From: Pyrinomonadales bacterium | GTDB lineage: Bacteria; Acidobacteriota; Blastocatellia; Pyrinomonadales; Pyrinomonadaceae | DNA length: 64,000 bases | Reading direction: 5' to 3' | Assembly: GCA_038246645.1 (NCBI GenBank) | Contig: JBBRVS010000003.1 | Location: 4,569-68,568 of the forward strand | Part shown: piece after piece, positions 1-10,079 of the stretch | Numbering within the stretch: position 1 is the first letter of the stretch | Layout of the letters: each line of letters opens with the position of its first letter | Notes under the pieces: generated by a model | The model's database searches: none | What the model was told of the DNA's origin: nothing | Seen by the model: only the letters and a program-made list of their open reading frames with translations | Position numbers and translations under genes: made by a program

Positions 1-1360
1 GCAAAAATGTATTTAACCCTTCATCCATCCAGGTCCAATGCCGCTCGTCGGAATTGACGACCATTGGAAAATAATTATGTCCGACTTCGTGAATAATCAC
101 CGAAATCAAACCGTATTTCGTTCCGGCGGAATAACTGCCGTCAACATTCGGTCGCGGTCCGTTAAAGCAGATCATCGGATATTCCATTCCGCCGACCGGA
201 CCATTGACCGAAATCGCCACCGGATACGGATACGTAAACGAATAGCGCGAATAAACATTTAAGGTGTGAATAATGGCGTGCGTCGAATATTGTTCCCAGA
301 GCGGATTTCCCTCGTTCGGATAATACGACATCGCCATCACCTTATTGCCTTCGACATTATGCCCTTGTGCATCCCAGATAAATTTCCGCGAGGAAGCAAA
401 AGCAAAATCGCGGACGTTGTCGGCTTTGTAAATCCACGTTTTTTTGCCCGTCGGTTTGCTCGCCTCATTTGCTTTGGCTTCTTCCGCCGTGATGATCTTC
501 ATCGGCTCTTTGGCGGTTTCGGCTTGTTTCAAGCGATCAATCTGCGCTTTTGTCAGAACTTGATTCGGATTCTGCAAAACGCCGGTCGAAGCGACGACGT
601 GATCGTTCGGAGTCGTGATTCTGACTAAATAATTCCCGAATTCGAGCGTAAATTCGCCCGCACCCAAAAATTGTTTGTGCTGCCAGCCGTAAACGTCGTA
701 ATACGCCGCCATCCGCGGAAACCAATGCGCCATTTCATATAAATAATTCTGATCGCGCGGAAAATATTCAAAACCGGTGCGACCGCCGAAAAGTCTCTGA
801 TTATTGATTTCAAAATTCCAGGCGATGTTGAAAACAAAATTTTGATTCGGAAGAAGCGGCGCGGGCAGATCAACGCGCATCATCGTGTCAACGATGGTGT
901 ATTTCAAACCGCTGTTTTTTGAATCGGAAACATTCGTGATATTAACTTTTCCTTCAAATTTCCGGGCAACAAGCTGTTCCAATTGGCTGAGCGGTACGCC
1001 GCGCTCGAATGAAGGTGCGGTCTGCGTTTTTTGCGAAGCGGAATCATTGGCAAAAATATTCTGGTCAACTTGCACCCAAAGATAATTTAGCGTGTCGGGA
1101 GATTGATTGAAATAAGTGATCGTTTCCTTGCCGATCAGACGCTGATTGGTATCGTCAATTTCGACATCAATCACATAATCGGCGCGCTGCTGCCAGTATT
1201 TATGACCCGGCGCACCGCTGGCAGTGCGATATTCATTGGGCGTTGGCAGATTTTCTTCCAATTGCTTGAATTTATCGCTCGGATTTGTTTTTGATTGACC
1301 AAAAACGAAGCCGACACTTGTTAATACGATTAAAATAACGAAAAGGCGTTTTAATAACAC
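1..1360 (-). CDS. M1-family zinc metallopeptidase (aminopeptidase N-like), secreted; C-terminus lies outside the window
   Basis: Hand translation of the minus strand from GTG at 1360 (AGGAG about 10 nt upstream) stays open to position 2. The N-terminus LLKRLFVILIVLTSVGFVFGQ looks like a signal peptide. Near the window edge it reads VIIHEVGHNYFPMVVNSDERHWTWMDEGLNTF, the HExxH-x18-E gluzincin/M1 signature. It is absent from the ORF track because no stop lies inside the window. The plus-strand ORFs listed here look spurious. Confidence 0.8.
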   Translation of the reverse strand, partial: MLLKRLFVILIVLTSVGFVFGQSKTNPSDKFKQLEENLPTPNEYRTASGAPGHKYWQQRADYVIDVEIDDTNQRLIGKETITYFNQSPDTLNYLWVQVDQNIFANDSASQKTQTAPSFERGVPLSQLEQLVARKFEGKVNITNVSDSKNSGLKYTIVDTMMRVDLPAPLLPNQNFVFNIAWNFEINNQRLFGGRTGFEYFPRDQNYLYEMAHWFPRMAAYYDVYGWQHKQFLGAGEFTLEFGNYLVRITTPNDHVVASTGVLQNPNQVLTKAQIDRLKQAETAKEPMKIITAEEAKANEASKPTGKKTWIYKADNVRDFAFASSRKFIWDAQGHNVEGNKVMAMSYYPNEGNPLWEQYSTHAIIHTLNVYSRYSFTYPYPVAISVNGPVGGMEYPMICFNGPRPNVDGSYSAGTKYGLISVIIHEVGHNYFPMVVNSDERHWTWMDEGLNTFL

Positions 1361-1634
1361 AAAAAGTTTTTCTCCTGACACTTGAATTTTAAATATTTAT
1401 GGAAAGTTGCGTTACAAACAATTTAACTTTGTTCAGCTTATTTCGCAAACAAATCAGCTGTTTTGAAGTAATAAAATTATCTTAAATTCAATAGAGAAGA
1501 ATATTTCCCTGACGGGTAAAAATATTCTCCCGGACGAAACCGACACAAATTAACCGGGAAATTATCTACGCCAGTTTCTTTTTTACCATTGAAATGCGGC
1601 AAAATATCGCAAATTTTCTATTAACACCCTGATG

Positions 1635-1678
1635 AAAAAAAAGTTCGAGGCTTTGCCCGAGGTTGAGCAAAGCCTTGA
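1635..1678 (-). terminator. Rho-independent terminator downstream of the BNR/FG-GAP gene
   Basis: The stem is TCGAGGCTTTGC (1645-1656) / GCAAAGCCTTGA (1667-1678), 12 bp with one mismatch and a 10-nt loop. On the minus strand a T8 run follows (A8 at 1635-1642 on plus). Confidence 0.5.
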
Positions 1679-1819
1679 ATCTAACAGTTTTAAATCCTGT
1701 TAAGCAGGTGAGCAAAAGTTTTAAGATATTATGAAAATTCTAAAAATCCCTTTAAACATCAGATGTAAGAGAATTTAAGAGTTTTCTGACATTATCCATT
1801 TTTAATTATCCATTGGTGA

Positions 1820-4800
1820 TTACCTGACGAAAGAATTCGGAGTCGGAATATCTCCCGAAGCACCGAAACTCTGAATGATTTGCCCTGATTGTGAACCGCT
1901 GACAAACCACGTTGCGTTCGATTCCCTGAATACTCCGACATCTTGAATGCCGTCTCCGTCATAATCTCCCGGCACCGGAATATCCGTCGAAATTCCGAAC
2001 GGAACGCTATAAAATGAGAAATCTTCCGAACGAAGTACAAACCATTCGCCCGAGACAGGTCGCCAAATAGCGACATCCGCTTTGCCGTCGCCCGTGTAAT
2101 CGCCTTGCACCGTTTTGTCGGTTGAAGTTCCGAATCCTAAGACTATCAACCCATTAGATGAACGTTTCAACCACCATTGCCCGTTTGACGAACGATAGAT
2201 GGCGATATCGGCACTTCCGTCGCCGTCATAATCTGCGGCAACCGGTAAATCTCCGTTTGATCCGAATGATTCGATCCGTGTTCCGCCTGAGGATTGCAAA
2301 ATGAACCATTCGCCGGTCGAAGCCCGGAAAACAGCCGGATCAATTTTCCCGTCGCCGTCAAAATCAGCCGGTGCGGGAATGTCCGTGCTTGTGCCGAACG
2401 GAAATGAATAAAATGATGCATCCTCGCTTCTCAAGATAAACCATTCTCCGAGCGAAGGGCGATAAAAAGCAATATCCGTGCGCCCGTCGCCCGTATAATC
2501 ACCCGGTACGAGTTTGTCCGAAGAAATTCCGAAAGTAGTGACAAAGGTTGAAAAATTAGAGGAATTCTGAATCCACCATTGTCCCAGAGAAGGTCGAAAG
2601 ATCGAAAGATCCGTTCTGCCGTCGCCGTCATAATCAAACGGTGTCGAAGTTTCGGCATTTAAGCTGATTTCATACATTCCTTTGCCATGTGTCGCAATTC
2701 GCAATTTTCGCGGATCGGCATTTGTGATTCCCATTCCGAAGACGGCAACCCGCGGCAAACCCGTGCCGAATGGCGACCAACTCGTTCCGCCGCTGGTTGA
2801 AACATAAACCCCGATGTCCGTTCCGGCATAAAGCGTGTTGGAATTTTGCGGATCAACGACAAAGGCATTGACCGGAACTTGCGGCATCGTGTTTCCGCCC
2901 GAACCGACAATCGGTGTCCAGGTCGGCGGAGAAATGTTCAAATTCGTGGTTTTATAAACATTTGTAATACCGAAATTTCCAAGCGTAATATACGCCGTAT
3001 TCTGATTATTCGGATCAATTATTGCCCGTGCCACGAATCCGTTCGGAATTGTATTCGACGGATCGAGATTCTCCAGAGTCGTCGAACCGGAAGTTGTTCC
3101 CCAAACGCCGCCGCCGCGCAAACCGACGATTCTGACATTATCATTTTGCGGCGAAATGCCGATCGCGCTGATCGGATCGCCGCCGGTAATCGGTGCCTGA
3201 CTGACGACCGTGTGATTTAATCCGGTATCGCTCGAACGATAAAGGCGGTCGGAACCGTAATAAATCGTGTTCGGATTTCCCGGTCCGCGCTCGAGCGGCG
3301 CATAGAACAAAATTGCCGTATCATTGCAGTTTATTCCGTTGACGGGCGAACCGTTACAACCTCGAAAGCTCCAGCCCGATGTAATATTGGCGCGGGTTGC
3401 ATAACCGACAAGCGGCGAAGAAAGCGAGTTAAAATACGTGTGATACATCCGCACATTGGTCGTGTCGGCGGCATTCTGGTCAATAACCGTAAAACCGCCG
3501 TCGCCGCCGTCAACCCGCGTCCAATTTCCCGTCGGACTGTAAAAATTCGTGCCGTTGTCCTGCGTTCCGCCGATGGTAAAATTGGCATCGGTCGGATGCA
3601 GGGCAAGGCTCATAAATTGGGTCGCAAAAAATTGCGTGTTATTTAAGGACTGCCACGAAGAACCGCTGTTGGTTGATTTATAAATTCCGCCGTCCGTGCC
3701 GAGATAAATCACTGCCGGATTCGATTTTGAAACGGTAATCGCGTGGGTATCAACGTGAACTCCCGCGCCGCTGCTCGTAAATGAAGTTCCGCCGGTGGTC
3801 GAAAAACCGAAAACTAAAGCGGGAGAACCGCCCAGATAAACGCGGTCGGCATTAACCGGGTCAACGGCAACGGCAATATCATAGAAACATTGCGGCGTAC
3901 AGAAATTATTATCAATCTGCTGCGTCCAGCTTGCGCCACCGTTGGTTGATTTTAGAACTCTTCCGCCGAGATTTCCCGTCGCCGCATAAAATGTCGCGTC
4001 CGCATTGCCGACCGGATGAATGGCGGCAAATTCCGCCGTTAATTCATTTGTCGAAGTACTGTTAAAAATTTCCGTCTGCGCGAATGTCGGAGTTGCGGCA
4101 AGTGCATCGGTCGAACGATAAATTCCGCCTGCCCCGCCTGAAGCGACCAGGCTGACGATCAAAATATTCGCGTTTGCCGGATCAATGGCAATATCGCGCG
4201 TGCTGGCATTTAAATTTCCAGCCAATCCGGTCAGTTTTGAAAAAGTCGGGTTGGCGGTTGCCGCAGTTGTCGAGCGATAAACGCCGAGTGACGGCAAAAT
4301 ATTATTTTGCCTACCGCCGATTCCTCCGACACCGGAAGAAGTGCTGACAAAAATCGTGTTCGGATCGCCCGGATGAACAATAATGTTGCTTATCGCGCGT
4401 CCCGTAAAAATATCATTATTTGCGCCGTCTTTATTGAATGGTCCGGAAACATTTGCGGTTGTGCCGGCGTTATCAATTCGATAAACGCCGACTCCGAAGA
4501 AACTATCGGCAGAAAAATTTTGTTCTCCCGTTCCGACATAAATTGTTTCGGGGTGTGATGGGGAAATCGCAATTGATCCGATTGCCAAACTCAATGCGCC
4601 GTCCATCAGCGGCGTCCAATTCAACCCGCCGTCGGTCGAGCGATATAAACCGCCCTGCGCCGTTCCGACATATACGATATCAGGATTTATCGGATGAACG
4701 GCGATAGAAATAGTTCTGCCCGACCAGGGAAAACTGCCGTTCGGAATCGGATTCGGACCGATTGCCGCCCAGCTTCCCAGCAAAAAGTTTTTTTCGTCCG

Positions 4801-5107
4801 AATTCGGCAGACGCGCCAGTTCGGCTTCCTGTTTTTCTTTTTGCTCGATGGCGGTTTTTCTCAATTGCGGATCTACTTCGTCTTCTTCCTTAAGACCGCG
4901 AAGCAAGCCGAAATGAGCGGCTCTTTGTTTTAAAAAATCTTCTTTTATATATTGGGCTTTGGCTTTACTCAAAATTGCCGGAATATCCGATTCTTCCTCA
5001 GCCATCGGAACTTCGACTTCCGCCACGGTATTTCCCAAAGTCGTCCATAAAATCAAACACGCGACCGTTGTCAAAAGAATCGCACTTACAATCAAAATTT
5101 TTTTCAT
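1820..5107 (-). CDS. Large secreted or anchored protein: BNR/Asp-box propeller-like region plus about 7 C-terminal FG-GAP/VCBS repeats
   Basis: The ORF 1820..5161 is trimmed to the ATG at 5107, giving the signal/anchor MKKILIVSAILLTTVACLIL with AAGGAAA upstream. Asp-box motifs include STDGGLNW, STNGGASW, STNSGSSW and STSGGTSW. They are followed by tandem ~48-aa repeats such as DYDGDGRTDLSIFRPSLGQWWI and GDYTGDGRTDIAFYRPSLGEWF. Confidence 0.75.
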   Translation of the reverse strand: MKKILIVSAILLTTVACLILWTTLGNTVAEVEVPMAEEESDIPAILSKAKAQYIKEDFLKQRAAHFGLLRGLKEEDEVDPQLRKTAIEQKEKQEAELARLPNSDEKNFLLGSWAAIGPNPIPNGSFPWSGRTISIAVHPINPDIVYVGTAQGGLYRSTDGGLNWTPLMDGALSLAIGSIAISPSHPETIYVGTGEQNFSADSFFGVGVYRIDNAGTTANVSGPFNKDGANNDIFTGRAISNIIVHPGDPNTIFVSTSSGVGGIGGRQNNILPSLGVYRSTTAATANPTFSKLTGLAGNLNASTRDIAIDPANANILIVSLVASGGAGGIYRSTDALAATPTFAQTEIFNSTSTNELTAEFAAIHPVGNADATFYAATGNLGGRVLKSTNGGASWTQQIDNNFCTPQCFYDIAVAVDPVNADRVYLGGSPALVFGFSTTGGTSFTSSGAGVHVDTHAITVSKSNPAVIYLGTDGGIYKSTNSGSSWQSLNNTQFFATQFMSLALHPTDANFTIGGTQDNGTNFYSPTGNWTRVDGGDGGFTVIDQNAADTTNVRMYHTYFNSLSSPLVGYATRANITSGWSFRGCNGSPVNGINCNDTAILFYAPLERGPGNPNTIYYGSDRLYRSSDTGLNHTVVSQAPITGGDPISAIGISPQNDNVRIVGLRGGGVWGTTSGSTTLENLDPSNTIPNGFVARAIIDPNNQNTAYITLGNFGITNVYKTTNLNISPPTWTPIVGSGGNTMPQVPVNAFVVDPQNSNTLYAGTDIGVYVSTSGGTSWSPFGTGLPRVAVFGMGITNADPRKLRIATHGKGMYEISLNAETSTPFDYDGDGRTDLSIFRPSLGQWWIQNSSNFSTFVTTFGISSDKLVPGDYTGDGRTDIAFYRPSLGEWFILRSEDASFYSFPFGTSTDIPAPADFDGDGKIDPAVFRASTGEWFILQSSGGTRIESFGSNGDLPVAADYDGDGSADIAIYRSSNGQWWLKRSSNGLIVLGFGTSTDKTVQGDYTGDGKADVAIWRPVSGEWFVLRSEDFSFYSVPFGISTDIPVPGDYDGDGIQDVGVFRESNATWFVSGSQSGQIIQSFGASGDIPTPNSFVR

Positions 5108-5403
5108 TTTTATTTCCTTTTTTGAATAGTTTTCGGCTAACCGTGCCTTTTGGTAAATCACCGGTTGAACGGAAAGTTTAGAATGAAAAAATTCTATGTA
5201 ACAACCGATCTTTTTACAAGTAAAAATCCCTTAAATCACTTATTTTTCAGAATTATTTTTTTGTTCAAAATAATCCGTTTTTTTAAAAATTCGACATTTA
5301 ATTTTTTCGGGAATTTTTTCCTCACAACCTTTAGGATTTTTCTCTCGTCTAAAAAATTGTTAGACTGCTCTTGCAAACCTTTTCTCCCGACATTTTATTG
5401 ACT

Positions 5404-6792
5404 ATGAAAAAAACAATCTTTATCGCATTAATAATTTCCGTTTTCGCTTTTAATTTATTTGCCCAAACATATAATGACGCGGCACTTTCGCGGGTGATGT
5501 CGGAAGACAAAACGAGCCGCGACGTGCAAAACGGCTGGCAGACGTTACCTGTCGGCACGCATATTTACCGCGCCGATGTTTATATGGCAAACCGACATTT
5601 TCCCGAAGCCCGTGCTCATTGGCAGAGAATTTTGGAAAATTATCCCGATGATACAAATGTGCCAAAAACGCTTTTCGGTATGGCGCGTTCGTATATGTGG
5701 GAACGAAATTACGAAAAAGCGGTTTTCTTTTTCGACCGGCTTTTTCGGGAATTTACAAACACGCCGGACGGCAGAAACGCTCTGAATTTTAAAGGCGCAA
5801 GCTATGTTCGCTGGGGGAAAAACGCGGAAGCGGCAGAAACTTATAAACAATACACGGTGATGTTTCCTTACGGCGAAAAGGTTGATTCGGCATATTTAAA
5901 TATCATTGATGCCTTGCGCGAAACCGGAAAATACGACGAGGCAAATGAATGGGTTGATAAAACGGCAGCGAGATTTAAAGGAATGCCGGCGGAAGTCAAT
6001 GCGCTTCACGCCAAATTGCGGATGGAAATTTTCCGCCATAATTGGAACATGGCGGTCGAAACTGCCGATAAATTACTGGCAATCCGCGATTTCAGCGATT
6101 CGATGGTTTGGACTGATGAAGTTAAATACTTAAAGGCATTTTCACTCGAAAAAGACGGGCGAACAAACGAAGCAAGAATCGCATATCTTTCGATTCCAGA
6201 TAATGCAACTTCGTATTACGGCGGACTCGCCACGGAAAAACTCGAAAAAATGGGAATGTCGGATGTTGCCAAACAACGCGCCGCGAGCATTTCGGGAAAT
6301 CTCGCGGCAAAATATCCGGTAATGTTCCGCACAGATATTTTGAAATATGCCAAAGAACGAAAAATTGATCCGCGTTTCGTTCTGGCAATAATGATGCAGG
6401 AAAGCAGTTTTCGCGCCAACGCCAAATCGCCCGCCGCCGCTCGCGGACTTCTCCAACTCGTTTTCGACACTGCTTTGAAATACAACAAAAAAGCCGGTTT
6501 TCCGAATCTGCAGCCCAACGATCTTTATCATCCGGCAACCAGTATTGCCATCGGAAGTCTTTATATTGCCGAATTAAAAGACGAATTCAGCGGACTTTAC
6601 GAAGCGATTGCCGCCAGCTATAACGGCGGCGAAGACAACGCGGCACGCTGGCTCGACCGCACAAAACCGAAAGAACCCGGCGTTTTCGCTTCAGAAGTCG
6701 GATTCAAGGAAACAAAAAATTACGTTTTCAAAGTTATGAGCAATTTCCGCGTCTATCGTGAACTTTACACGGAGAATTTAGTTAGAAAATAA
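5404..6792 (+). CDS. Soluble lytic murein transglycosylase (Slt family) with N-terminal TPR-like repeats
   Basis: ATG at 5404 gives the signal peptide MKKTIFIALIISVFAFNLFAQ. SLT-domain motifs are AIMMQESSFRANAKSPAAARGLLQLV and AASYNGGEDNAARW. Confidence 0.85.
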   Translation: MKKTIFIALIISVFAFNLFAQTYNDAALSRVMSEDKTSRDVQNGWQTLPVGTHIYRADVYMANRHFPEARAHWQRILENYPDDTNVPKTLFGMARSYMWERNYEKAVFFFDRLFREFTNTPDGRNALNFKGASYVRWGKNAEAAETYKQYTVMFPYGEKVDSAYLNIIDALRETGKYDEANEWVDKTAARFKGMPAEVNALHAKLRMEIFRHNWNMAVETADKLLAIRDFSDSMVWTDEVKYLKAFSLEKDGRTNEARIAYLSIPDNATSYYGGLATEKLEKMGMSDVAKQRAASISGNLAAKYPVMFRTDILKYAKERKIDPRFVLAIMMQESSFRANAKSPAAARGLLQLVFDTALKYNKKAGFPNLQPNDLYHPATSIAIGSLYIAELKDEFSGLYEAIAASYNGGEDNAARWLDRTKPKEPGVFASEVGFKETKNYVFKVMSNFRVYRELYTENLVRK

Positions 6793-6820
6793 AATCAATT
6801 TTGTTGTTGATTTGAAATCA

Positions 6821-7141
6821 AAAAAGGCTTAATAATCAGGGCTTTCTCATAAAAATTTAGCCGTGAAAACCTTGTGATTTTTCATAAATTGCCTGAGGGC
6901 TTTAGTTGGACGATTGCTTGAAATCTGACGCGGCTTTAGCCGAATATGAGTATTTATCAATCATCCTTATTGCTTGTGCACAAATTGGTCTGTAGCCTGG
7001 AGGATTTTTATTTTTTTACAGAAATTCGGCTAAAGCCGGCGCTTCTGATTCCCCAAACCTCCAACTAAAGTTGGAGGCAATTTATTTTTATGAGAAAGTC
7101 CTGGCTGAATAATTCAAATTGTAAATTATTCAGCCTTTTTT
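6821..7141. repeat. Nested ~320-nt imperfect palindrome with no ORF
   Basis: There are three nested arm pairs: 6842-6856/7084-7098, 6897-6910/7058-7077 and 6930-6945/7024-7040. Mini-hairpins with TTTA/TAAA loops recur (CGGC-TTTA-GCCG, CGGC-TAAA-GCCG, CCTCCAAC-TAAA-GTTGGAGG). Confidence 0.7.
7103..7141 (+). terminator. Canonical intrinsic terminator at the right end of the palindromic element
   Basis: Perfect 12-bp stem GGCTGAATAATT (7103-7114) / AATTATTCAGCC (7124-7135) with a 9-nt loop, then T6 (7136-7141). An A-run precedes the partner arm on the other side. Confidence 0.7.
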
Positions 7142-7177
7142 GTTTGAATTACAGAAAATCCAAAATCCAAAACCTCT

Positions 7178-8410
7178 CTATTTTTCCCAATCGCCCTGTC
7201 CTTCGCGTTCGACGTAATAACCGACTTCTTCGAGGTGGCGAAAAACGTCCTGCCCGTGTTCTTCGTCGCGGACTTCGAGCAGCATTTCGATCCCGACGCG
7301 CCCCAGGGGCGCAAGCCACATTGCGCGGCGGTGAAATACTTCAATCACATTTGCGCCCGTTTCGGCAACTTTATTTAAAAGTGTCGCCAACATTCCGGGG
7401 CGATCTGAAACAAGTAATTTCAAAATAATATAACGACCTTGCCTAACGAGAACTTGTTCTAAAACTCTCGCCAGCAGATTTGCGTCAATATTTCCGCCGC
7501 ACAGAACGGCGCAAACATTTTCTTCGGGTGAAACCTTTATCTTTTTTGCAAGCAGTGCCGAAACGCCCGCCGCACCTGCACCTTCGACGACCAGGCGATT
7601 GTTTTGCACGCAATGAAAAATGCCGCGGGCGATTTCTTCTTCGGAAACCGTCACTATTTCGTCAACATATTCGCGGATAATTTCGAGCGTTTTTTCGCCC
7701 GGACGTTTGACGGCAATACCGTCGGCAATTGTCGGCTGAAAAACGGCTTCGACGGGTTTGCCTTCCTTTAGAGAAGTTTTTACAGACGCACAGTTTTCCG
7801 CCTGAACGCCGATAATTCTAACTTTCGGTACCAGAGATTTCGCGGCAATCGCAATGCCCGAAATAATTCCGCCGCCGCCGATCGGCACGATTATCACAGT
7901 AATATCCGGTTTTTCTTCGACGATTTCAACACCGATTGTTCCCTGTCCGGCGATAATTAAATAATCGTCAAAGGCGTGAACATAAACAAATCCTTGCGTT
8001 TCTTGAAGCTCGCGAGCCTTGGCGGCGGCTTCGTCAAAAGTTTCGCCGAACAGGACGACTTCTGCGCCGTAACCCTTGGTCGCAATAATTTTCGTCAAAG
8101 GCGCAAATTTCGGCATGACAATCGTTGCTTTAACATTATGAAGCTGCGCCGCTAAAGCTACGCCCTGCGCGTGATTTCCCATCGAAGGCGCAACCACGCC
8201 GCGCGACTTTTCCTCATCGGAAAGTCTGTGAATTTTGTTATACGCTCCGCGAACCTTAAACGAACCGCCTTTTTGCAGACATTCGGCTTTTAAAAATGCC
8301 TTTGCGCCGATTTCTTTGGAAAGTTTGTCATCTGATAAAATCGGTGTCGGAATAATAATATTCTGCAGAATTTTGCGTGCGTCTTGAATATCGGAAAGTT
8401 TGACTGTCAT
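7178..8410 (-). CDS. ilvA: Threonine ammonia-lyase (threonine dehydratase), short form with one C-terminal regulatory domain
   Basis: 410 aa. PLP-lysine motif GGSFKVRGAYNK, glycine loop PIGGGGIISG, and an ACT-like C-terminus. Confidence 0.9.
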   Translation of the reverse strand: MTVKLSDIQDARKILQNIIIPTPILSDDKLSKEIGAKAFLKAECLQKGGSFKVRGAYNKIHRLSDEEKSRGVVAPSMGNHAQGVALAAQLHNVKATIVMPKFAPLTKIIATKGYGAEVVLFGETFDEAAAKARELQETQGFVYVHAFDDYLIIAGQGTIGVEIVEEKPDITVIIVPIGGGGIISGIAIAAKSLVPKVRIIGVQAENCASVKTSLKEGKPVEAVFQPTIADGIAVKRPGEKTLEIIREYVDEIVTVSEEEIARGIFHCVQNNRLVVEGAGAAGVSALLAKKIKVSPEENVCAVLCGGNIDANLLARVLEQVLVRQGRYIILKLLVSDRPGMLATLLNKVAETGANVIEVFHRRAMWLAPLGRVGIEMLLEVRDEEHGQDVFRHLEEVGYYVEREGQGDWEK

Positions 8411-8843
8411 AATTAGCCAAAATTATACGACGGAAAAGCCGTTTTTGGTAAAAGGAATTTGCTGATTTCGGATTTCTGTTCGTGAGTTTAAAAAACAAAA
8501 GAAACGAAAAAAATGCAAAGGTATGTATATATTGCGGATAACTGCGGGTAAAATAGGTAGAAAATGAATTGAATTTCTATGCGCTTTTTCTCGTTTCTTT
8601 TGGTTTATTAAATTATCAAATATGAAAAACTCTACGGTTTCAGGTTTTGTTTAGTTCCGAAAAAAACCTGAAATTTTGTTTTCTCGTAATAACGCGTGAA
8701 AAAATAAAAATTTGTATCAATATTTTTTCATTTTTTCAAAAAATCTGAAAAATCGTAGATTTGCGTATTTATTTTTGTGAAAATTTTCGTTAAATTTTGA
8801 AAAATAAGGTATATTTAATCAAAGAAAATTTTTGGAGGTCAAG

Positions 8844-9863
8844 ATGGAATATTTTGGTTTAGGATTTATTTTTTTTGCAATTATCGGAATTGCTTTACTT
8901 GTCGTTGCAGCAAAAACGATCAAGATCGTGCCGCAATCAAGCGTTTTGTTAATTGAAAGACTCGGGCGTTTTCATAAAGTCGCGCAAAGCGGCTTGAATA
9001 TCGTCATTCCGTTTTTTGAAGCTCCGCGTGCTGTCTATTGGACAAATTCGCGCCCCGGAATTACTTCGATAGATTTGCGTGAACAATATATTGATCTTCC
9101 GCCGCAGCCCGTCATTACGCGTGATAACGTCACCATCAATGTTGATTCGGTCGTTTACTGGCAAATTACCGATCCGGCAAAAGCCGTCTATGAAGTCAAC
9201 GATCTGGTCGGCGGTCTGGTGCAATTGACGATTACCGGAATGCGTTCCGTGATGGGCGAGATGGATTTGGATCACACGCTTTCGAACCGCGATAAGATCA
9301 ACGCCAAATTGCGCCTGATCCTTGATGAAGCGACCGATAAATGGGGCGTAAAAGTTACGCGCGTTGACGTTAAAAACATTAATCCGCCCGAAGACGTACG
9401 CATCACGATGGAAAAACAGATGACGGCGGAACGCAACCGGCGCGCGCTTATTTTGCAGGCGGAAGGCGAAAAGCAGGCGGCAATTACACGTGCCGAAGGG
9501 GAAAAGCAAGCGGCAATTACGCGCTCGGAAGGCGAAAAGGAATCGGCGATTCTCCAAGCGGACGGCGCGGCGCAGGCACGACTGAAATCGGCGGCGGCGG
9601 ACGCCCAGGCAATCGCTCAAATCGCGCAATCAATCGGAAACCCGGAAGAAACCACCAAATATCTGATCACGTCGCGGTATATCGAATCTTTGCGCGATAT
9701 GGCGCAGACAAATAATGCAAAAGTCATATTTATGCCGATCGAAACTTCCAGTATGCTTTCGAGCATCGGCGCGTTCAAGGAAGTTTTTGCCGAAACGGGC
9801 GAAAAAAGCAAAAATGAACCGCAACTTAATCCGCCGCGTTCACCGCGTGAATTAGGCAGATAA
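8844..9863 (+). CDS. SPFH/band-7 (stomatin/prohibitin-like) membrane protein
   Basis: ATG at 8844 is preceded by GGAGG; the track ORF begins at TTG 8832. It has an N-terminal TM helix, an SPFH core and AEGEKQAAITRAEGEKQAAITRSEGEKESAI coiled-coil repeats. Confidence 0.85.
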   Translation: MEYFGLGFIFFAIIGIALLVVAAKTIKIVPQSSVLLIERLGRFHKVAQSGLNIVIPFFEAPRAVYWTNSRPGITSIDLREQYIDLPPQPVITRDNVTINVDSVVYWQITDPAKAVYEVNDLVGGLVQLTITGMRSVMGEMDLDHTLSNRDKINAKLRLILDEATDKWGVKVTRVDVKNINPPEDVRITMEKQMTAERNRRALILQAEGEKQAAITRAEGEKQAAITRSEGEKESAILQADGAAQARLKSAAADAQAIAQIAQSIGNPEETTKYLITSRYIESLRDMAQTNNAKVIFMPIETSSMLSSIGAFKEVFAETGEKSKNEPQLNPPRSPRELGR

Positions 9864-10079
9864 TTTGAATAAGGTAAAACAATGTCCGTTAAGCCGGGCG
9901 GTCTGTGACTGCGAAAGAAATAATTTAGCAATAAGGACGGCTTGCTTAACGGGCAATTTTCTCGAGTTCTTCTGTTTCGGTTAAATCAGGTATTTGTCTG
10001 ATTTTGAAACTTTGACCTTGTTTTCTTAAACTAAATTTGAGAAACTGATTTTTCAAATTTACACAAGAAAAATAAAACT

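Noticed and set aside
38-628. Plus-strand ORFs 38..262 and 266..628 (and minus-strand 537..725 and 625..873) from the ORF track
   Set aside because: A single uninterrupted minus-strand frame with a signal peptide and an HExxH-x18-E motif spans 2-1360 and explains the region. The listed ORFs are off-frame and have odd, Arg-rich composition.
8949-9629. 226-aa antisense ORF inside the SPFH gene
   Set aside because: It is Arg/Phe-rich low-complexity sequence, mirror-frame to a well-supported gene, with no motif. The same reasoning applies to 11478..12101, 45419..45868 and 50039..50608.
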